A stretch of DNA of 64,000 nucleotides. It comes from Alphaproteobacteria bacterium. Lineage in GTDB: Bacteria; Pseudomonadota; Alphaproteobacteria; RF32; CAG-239. Positions 58,255-64,000 of this stretch are shown here, piece after piece; the stretch's first letter is position 1; each line of letters starts with the position of its first letter. Where the stretch lies: positions 5,175 through 69,174 of the forward strand of contig SUUV01000005.1 in the NCBI GenBank assembly GCA_015062345.1. Direction: 5' to 3'. Position numbers and translations under genes: made by a program. The notes beneath the pieces were generated by a model. The model had not been told where the DNA came from, searched no databases, and worked only from the letters and a program-made list of their open reading frames with translations.

Positions 58255-61200
58255 TTATTTTTTCTTTTTGCGTTTGGGGGCATATTTTTCATAAATTGTT
58301 TGCACCCAAACATACATCAGCGGAATGATAAATAAACCTACAATTGTGCTTACAATCATTCCGTAAAACACCGGAACACCGATTGCTCGTCTGCTTTGCG
58401 CAGCTGCCCCGCTTGCAATTACCATCGGCCACACACCCAAAATGAACGAAAACGCAGTCATCAATACGGCTCTGAAACGCTCTTTTAAGCCTTTTATGGC
58501 CGCATTTACAATGGTGGCTCCGTTTGTTCTTTCTTCTTTGGCAAATTCAACCACCAAAATTGCATTTTTCGAGGCTAAACCAATCAGCAATATTAAACCA
58601 AGCTGGGCATAAATGCTCAGCGGTAAGCCTGTAAAGAACAGTCCGAGCATGGCACCGTTGATAGCTACAACCAATGATAACAATACCGGTAGCGGAACAA
58701 TAAAGCTTTCATATTGAGCCACCAAAAACAAATATGCAAAGACAATGGCAAGAGCAATTAAATAGCCGATTTGTCCGTGAGAATTTTTTTCCTGAAAACT
58801 CATTGACGACCATTCAATATTAAATCCTTTTGGAAGTTCTTTAACCAAATTTTCAACAGCTTTCATGGCATTGCCGGTTGAGGAGCCCTCCACCTGAACA
58901 GCCGTTACTGCCGCTGCCGGATATTGATTGTATCTTTCAACAACACGAGGAGCCAAAACTTTTGAAAGCTCAACCATTGAGCGCATCGGTACCATGGTAG
59001 AACTCATATTGGCAATGTACAAATCATTAATATCATCAATATCTTGGCGATGTTGCCAGTCTGATTGTATCATAACCTTATTAACCTGCGTACCCAAATT
59101 GATATCATTTACATAGGCCGAACCCAAATAACTTTCCAAAGTTTTAAATATATTTGCCACCGGCACTTTCATACTTTCGGCCTTTGTACGGTCTATTTTT
59201 AAGAAAATGTTGGGAGTTTTGGCATTAAAGGTTGAATACGCATAAGCAATTTGCGGCAATTGATTTAACTTTTGCAAAAAACTCTTTAATGCAGCATCAA
59301 GCTTTTGATAATCTACCACTTGTCGAGATTGTAACCTGATATCTAAACCGTTTGCCAATCCGAGCCCCGGAATTGCCGGCATTTCAAACATTTGAAATTC
59401 GGCCTCGGGAAAGGCGCTTAATTTACCTCTTATTCGATTTAAAATTGCCGTAGAGCTTTGATAAAAGCCTTTTCTTTCGGACCAAGGTTTTAACACAATA
59501 AAGGACATTGAAACATTTTCGCCTCGTCCGCCCATTAATGAATATCCGATAACACTTGAAACACCTTCAACGGCTTTTTCGGATCTTATTACTTCGTTTA
59601 CCTTATTTACAAGTTCATGCGTACGCTTTTTGGCAGCACCTTCGGGAAGTTGTAAAGATAAGACCATCACACCTTGGTCTTCATCAGGGATAAATGAGGT
59701 TTGAGCAGTTGAAAACAACGCATAAGCCAACACCATCAAAAGTGTAAAAATGCTCGCAATTACCGGAATTTTTTTGGCCACAACCGAAACCGACACCACA
59801 TATGCGTGTATGGTTTTTTCAATACTTTTATTTACCCTGCCCCAAAAACCTTTTGTTTTAGGTTTAATTTTGCTAATCAGTATTGAGCAAAGTGCCGGAG
59901 ACAAAGTTAAGGCATTTAGAAGCGAGAACATAATGGCGGTAGCAATGGTTACGGAAAATTGCTGATAAATTTTACCGGTAATACCATCTAAAAATCCGAC
60001 CGGAATAAAAATTGCAAGCAACACACATGATGTTGCAACCAAAGCGCCCGAAATTTCGCTCATAGCTTTCCATGTGGCTTCATAAGCATTCATTTTGGTC
60101 GTTTGCATCAAATATACCACTCGTTCAACCACTACAATTGCATCATCAACCACCGTTCCGATTGCCAATAAAAGCGCAAATAAGGTAAACATATTGATAC
60201 TGTAACCCAATGCTAACATTACCGCAAATGTTCCCAATATTGAAACCGGAATTGTAAGAGTAGGAATTAAAGTTGAATAAAAATCTTGCAAAAAGAAGTA
60301 ACAAACACCAACCACCAAAACCAGTGTCATCAAAAGGGTAATCACCACTTCTTCAACCGACGCATCAATATATTTGGTTGAGTCATAACAAATAACATAA
60401 TCCAAACCTTGAGGGAAAAATTCTTTCAATTCAGCCAGAGTTTTTTTCACATTTTCCATTGTTTCAAGAGCATTTGCGCCTGATGATAAAGCCAAAGCAA
60501 CCGTAATGGCGGTTTGCCCGTTATATTCGCCGGAAATGGAATATTCTTCTTGGCCTATTTCTATTTTTGCAACATCTTTTAAGCGCACCAAACCACCCTG
60601 CTCGGCTGTTCGAACAATAATGTTTTCAAACTCTTGCGCCGTTTCCATACGACCATCGGTTTGAAGTGTATACACCATAGGGTTTGAACTTTGGGTGGGT
60701 TGCGCTCCGACTTTTCCTAAGCTTGGCTGATAGTTTTGTCCCGAAATGGCGGTATATACATCATTTACCGTAATTTTTAAGGCTGCCAACTTGTCGGCAT
60801 TTAACCAAACACGCATAGAAAGTCTTGAGCCATATACATTTAAGTTTCCTACACCGTTGATACGAGAAAGCGGACGCTCAATGTTGTTATAAACATAATC
60901 GCTGATTTGCATATCATTTAGCGAATTGTCAGGCGACATAAAAGCGATAAAACCTAAAATATTTGAAGATTCACGATTAACCGAAATACCTTGTCTTGTA
61001 ACCTCTTGCGGCAATTTTGAGGTTGCCTGACTGATACGATTTTGCACTTTCACTTGCGCCATATCGGGATCAACACCGGTTTTAAAAGTTACATTTAAAG
61101 TATATGACGAATCTTCGGAGGTTGAGTTCATATAAAGCATGTCTTCAACTCCGTTCATCTCGTCTTCCAACGGAATTCCGACCGTTCGGGCAATTACTTC

Positions 61201-61365
61201 GGCACTTGCTCCCGGATATATGGCTCTGACCGAAATTTGCGGCGGAGTAACCTCAGGATATAATGCAACCGGAAGTTTTAAAAGTGCAATAGCCCCGATA
61301 AGCACAATTACAATCGAAATCACAAACGAAAAACGAGGCCTTTTGATAAAAAATCCTGCAAACAT
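58255..61365 (-). CDS. RND multidrug efflux transporter (AcrB/HAE1 family)
   Basis: 1036 aa with 12 TM segments and two large periplasmic loops. Typical AcrB N-terminus [28 protein letters not shown]. Confidence 0.9.
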   Translation of the reverse strand: MFAGFFIKRPRFSFVISIVIVLIGAIALLKLPVALYPEVTPPQISVRAIYPGASAEVIARTVGIPLEDEMNGVEDMLYMNSTSEDSSYTLNVTFKTGVDPDMAQVKVQNRISQATSKLPQEVTRQGISVNRESSNILGFIAFMSPDNSLNDMQISDYVYNNIERPLSRINGVGNLNVYGSRLSMRVWLNADKLAALKITVNDVYTAISGQNYQPSLGKVGAQPTQSSNPMVYTLQTDGRMETAQEFENIIVRTAEQGGLVRLKDVAKIEIGQEEYSISGEYNGQTAITVALALSSGANALETMENVKKTLAELKEFFPQGLDYVICYDSTKYIDASVEEVVITLLMTLVLVVGVCYFFLQDFYSTLIPTLTIPVSILGTFAVMLALGYSINMFTLFALLLAIGTVVDDAIVVVERVVYLMQTTKMNAYEATWKAMSEISGALVATSCVLLAIFIPVGFLDGITGKIYQQFSVTIATAIMFSLLNALTLSPALCSILISKIKPKTKGFWGRVNKSIEKTIHAYVVSVSVVAKKIPVIASIFTLLMVLAYALFSTAQTSFIPDEDQGVMVLSLQLPEGAAKKRTHELVNKVNEVIRSEKAVEGVSSVIGYSLMGGRGENVSMSFIVLKPWSERKGFYQSSTAILNRIRGKLSAFPEAEFQMFEMPAIPGLGLANGLDIRLQSRQVVDYQKLDAALKSFLQKLNQLPQIAYAYSTFNAKTPNIFLKIDRTKAESMKVPVANIFKTLESYLGSAYVNDINLGTQVNKVMIQSDWQHRQDIDDINDLYIANMSSTMVPMRSMVELSKVLAPRVVERYNQYPAAAVTAVQVEGSSTGNAMKAVENLVKELPKGFNIEWSSMSFQEKNSHGQIGYLIALAIVFAYLFLVAQYESFIVPLPVLLSLVVAINGAMLGLFFTGLPLSIYAQLGLILLIGLASKNAILVVEFAKEERTNGATIVNAAIKGLKERFRAVLMTAFSFILGVWPMVIASGAAAQSRRAIGVPVFYGMIVSTIVGLFIIPLMYVWVQTIYEKYAPKRKKKK

Positions 61366-61376
61366 ATGCTTGTCTC

Positions 61377-62492
61377 CTAATTGATTGAACTCTCAAAGTT
61401 AACTTTCGTCGGATTAACTTTCATTCCGGATTGAACTTTTTGCAAACCTTGAATGATAACTTTTTCATCGCCGTTAAGTCCGCTTAAAACCACTTGCATA
61501 TCTTCAACCACATCACCCAACGACAGATATCTTTGTTCAACAATGTTATCATCTTTAACAATCATAACATAAGAGCCGTTAACATCGGCCGACAAAGCCA
61601 CTTGCGGTACCAATACCTTGTTTTGACCGTCATTGAAGCGAATGTTTATATCAACATAGTTTCCGGGTACCAACAAATTTTCCTCGTTTTCCAAATCGAT
61701 ATAAACCGGAATTGTAGCCGTCTGCGGATTTACTTCGTTGCCAAAGAACAAGTTTTTTACATTAACGGTTTTAATTTTGCCGTTTGGCATTACGACATCA
61801 ACAAACACATCTTTAGCCTCATTGGCCTGTTGCATAAATTTTGAGCGCTCCTTATCGGTAACCGAAAAAACAACCCTGATAGGCTGAGTTTGAACAACTC
61901 TTGCCAGTTTTAACGCATTAGGACTTACCAAGTTGCCTTTGGTTACAAGAGTTTTACCGATATATCCCGAAATGGGCGATTTGATTTGAGTATATTCCAA
62001 ATTTAATTTTGCCAAATCAAGTGCAGCTTCGGCTTGTTCCAAATTGCTTTGAGCCACATCTAACTCTTTGTCGGAAACAAACTTTTTTTGATGAAGTGAA
62101 GATATGCGCTTATATTCGCTTTTAAGTTGTTTAACTGCCGCCGATGCAGCTTTTAGGTCAGCTTTATATTTTCTTTGTTCAATTAAGAAAATATCATCTC
62201 CTTGGTTTACAAAAGCCCCGTCATCAAACAAAATCTGCTCCAAATAGCCTGAAACTTGCGGCATAATATCCACACTGTTAATCGGTTCAACTTGGGCAAT
62301 ATATTTCTTCTTTGCCGAAACATCGGCAATTTTCAATCCTTTTACCAAAACATGAGGCGGCTCGTTGTTGTGCATAAATGCACCCATATCCTGATTAAAT
62401 TTACCGTGCAGATACCAACCTAAGGTCACACACAAAACCGAATAGACTACCTTGTACCAAATACCGGAAGTCTTTATTTTCTTAACATACAT
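61377..62492 (-). CDS. RND efflux membrane-fusion (periplasmic adaptor) protein, AcrA-like
   Basis: 371 aa: N-terminal anchor, coiled-coil hairpin, lipoyl/beta-barrel domains. Its stop lies 11 nt upstream of the pump start. Confidence 0.8.
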   Translation of the reverse strand: MYVKKIKTSGIWYKVVYSVLCVTLGWYLHGKFNQDMGAFMHNNEPPHVLVKGLKIADVSAKKKYIAQVEPINSVDIMPQVSGYLEQILFDDGAFVNQGDDIFLIEQRKYKADLKAASAAVKQLKSEYKRISSLHQKKFVSDKELDVAQSNLEQAEAALDLAKLNLEYTQIKSPISGYIGKTLVTKGNLVSPNALKLARVVQTQPIRVVFSVTDKERSKFMQQANEAKDVFVDVVMPNGKIKTVNVKNLFFGNEVNPQTATIPVYIDLENEENLLVPGNYVDINIRFNDGQNKVLVPQVALSADVNGSYVMIVKDDNIVEQRYLSLGDVVEDMQVVLSGLNGDEKVIIQGLQKVQSGMKVNPTKVNFESSIN

Positions 62493-62592
62493 TAACTTTT
62501 ACCTTTCAATAAATTTAAAATTGAAGGCAAAGTACATAAGCAAAAAATCTATTTCAAGGCAAAAAAAATTTTTGTAACTTTAATAATGATAT

Positions 62593-63009
62593 TTATTTTT
62601 TTGGAGGCAACTGTACAACAATGTTAAATTTTGCGCCCGAGGGTAAAACTCTTGAAGAAACATAAAAATCATCTGTTTGAGTGATGCTTAAACAATCAAG
62701 CAATGTGTTGATATCTGCCTTATATAAAGTTTCATATTTTCCGATTTCGGACATATAAGCTCCATGCCATTTTTTTATCCATCTGGAAACCGATTGTGCC
62801 GAAACACCGACAATAGACGCAATTTCACGCATGGAAAGTCCGGATATGTGCAGCAAATGTACCAAAAGCTTTAATGACAAGGGTTTTCCTGCCGGCGCCT
62901 GCTTTGTAAACTGATATTTACAGTTTTTGCATTTATATCTTTGCCAACCGAACACCTGACCGTTTTTAACAATTTTATCATCGGCACATTTCGGACACTT
63001 AATTTGCAT
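62593..63009 (-). mobile_element. Orphan IS1-type InsA-like zinc-ribbon + HTH protein (no transposase catalytic partner)
   Basis: CPKC...CKNC zinc ribbon, then the HTH SMREIASIVGVSAQSVSRWIKKW. Only ~100 bp separate it from the MFP gene, so there is no room for an InsB/DDE ORF. Confidence 0.5.
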
Positions 63010-63144
63010 TTTGTTTTCTCCTTTTGCCTAAAAAATATCATTAAAAAAGTTACATTGCAAGAAAATTTTCCCCAAACTGTTGCACATTTAAAAGAATGCT
63101 TTAAATCAACAAAAAATCAGCTATTATCAAAACAGGAGAAAATA

Positions 63145-64000
63145 TGTCGTACGATTTGATGTTTAAACAAGCCAATGATTTATATTCGGCAGGACAACTT
63201 GATAGAGCCGAACAACTTTATCGTGCCGTTTTGGAGGCTGTTCCCGAAAACCCAGATGTTCTTAATATGCTCGGACTTACGGCTCAAACTAAAGGCTTAC
63301 ACCAAGAAGCAATATCATATTTTTTGCAAGCCGTAAAGTCGGCGCCCAACCATATTGCACTATATTTTAATTTGGCAGTGTCGTACCAAGCCGTTCAAAA
63401 ATTTGCTCAAGCCATCAGCGCTTATGAAAAAGTTATATCCTTAAATCCGAACATAAAAGAAACTTATAACAACTTAGGCGCAATATACGAATGCTTAAAT
63501 CAACCTCAAATTGCCCTGCAAATGTACCAAAACGCGCTTAAATCAGATGCCGATTATGTTGATGCCAAAGTTAATATTGCAGTCCTAAATAAAGACCTTA
63601 ATGAACTTGAAAATTTGTGCAAAAAATATCCTTTTTCAGAGCTTGCATTTTATTATACCGCTTTGCATCATTTTGAACAAAAAGATTTTAATAAAGCTTA
63701 TGAATATATTTTAAAAGCCGATGAAATATGCAACAATTCACCTGATATCAAACTGTTAAAAGCCAAAATCAATCTATTACTTAACAATAAACAATCTGCT
63801 GTTGAAGATTTTTCAAGTTGCATAAATCTAAATCCAAAGTGCGTTGAAGCTTGGGTAAATTTGGCCGATTGTGAACAAAACGAACAATATTACTTAAAAG
63901 CTCTCGATTTAGACCCCGATAACATTGTGGCACATTCAAATTATGCCAATTGGCTATATCGAAACAACCGCACCTTAGAGGCTTTGGAAGAATATCGCAA
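63145..64000 (+). CDS. TPR-repeat protein, 3'-truncated by the window edge
   Basis: ATG at 63145 with GGAGAA upstream. Repeated 34-aa TPR-like units (A..Y..AL...P....A..NL...Y). Runs off the window end, so it is absent from the ORF track. Confidence 0.55.

Noticed and set aside
1-64000. Prophage, integron or rRNA operon
   Set aside because: No capsid, terminase, integrase or attC-like structures, and no rRNA-like sequence, are recognisable. The only mobile-element trace is the orphan InsA-like gene plus the tRNA-Pro scars.

Overview
This is an AT-rich (roughly mid-30s %GC by eye) chromosomal window from a Gram-negative, probably host-associated or genome-reduced proteobacterium; I cannot identify the taxon from sequence alone.

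Most of the window is housekeeping. Recognisable blocks are:
- a stomatin/NfeD pair, an L,D-transpeptidase, tolB, a U32 peptidase and the conserved lepB-rnc-era operon;
- a giant AsmA-family protein;
- a cdd-punA-deoA nucleoside-salvage operon;
- M20 peptidase, a divergent metK-like gene, ppa and rsmA;
- surA-lptD-lptF, tRNA-Pro and tRNA-Ser, and a yejF/yejE-like ABC pair;
- an FNT channel, an amidohydrolase deaminase, folA...thyA and comM/yifB;
- rpsF-rpsR-rplI, dgkA, rpsD, an MscS channel and acrAB-like RND efflux genes.

The most interesting content is a dispersed seven-member family of small secreted proteins (~150-170 aa). From conserved motifs I assign them to the spore-coat-protein-U (SCPU) / Csu-type archaic pilin-like family. 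Five copies sit behind a near-identical ~135-bp promoter/leader cassette. That cassette carries a poly(A/T) tract of 10 or 12 nt lying exactly between a TTGCAA (-35-like) and a TATGAT (-10-like) hexamer. This looks like a slipped-strand, phase-variable promoter, and one copy already differs in tract length. No chaperone or usher gene is in the window.

Two of the cassettes are extended by a ~270-bp structured repeat present as an inverted pair, bracketing a 35.5-kb segment.

Other notable items:
- a two-gene module of unknown function inserted precisely at the folA-thyA junction, bounded by a 31-bp direct repeat and translationally coupled;
- a P-loop kinase fused to a truncated pyrophosphatase-like domain, next to a tRNA-Pro locus littered with tRNA-fragment duplications (att-like scars);
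- a large secreted Cys-rich protein with tandem repeats and a probably inactive trypsin-like domain;
- an orphan IS1-type InsA-like zinc-ribbon/HTH protein heading the acrAB operon.
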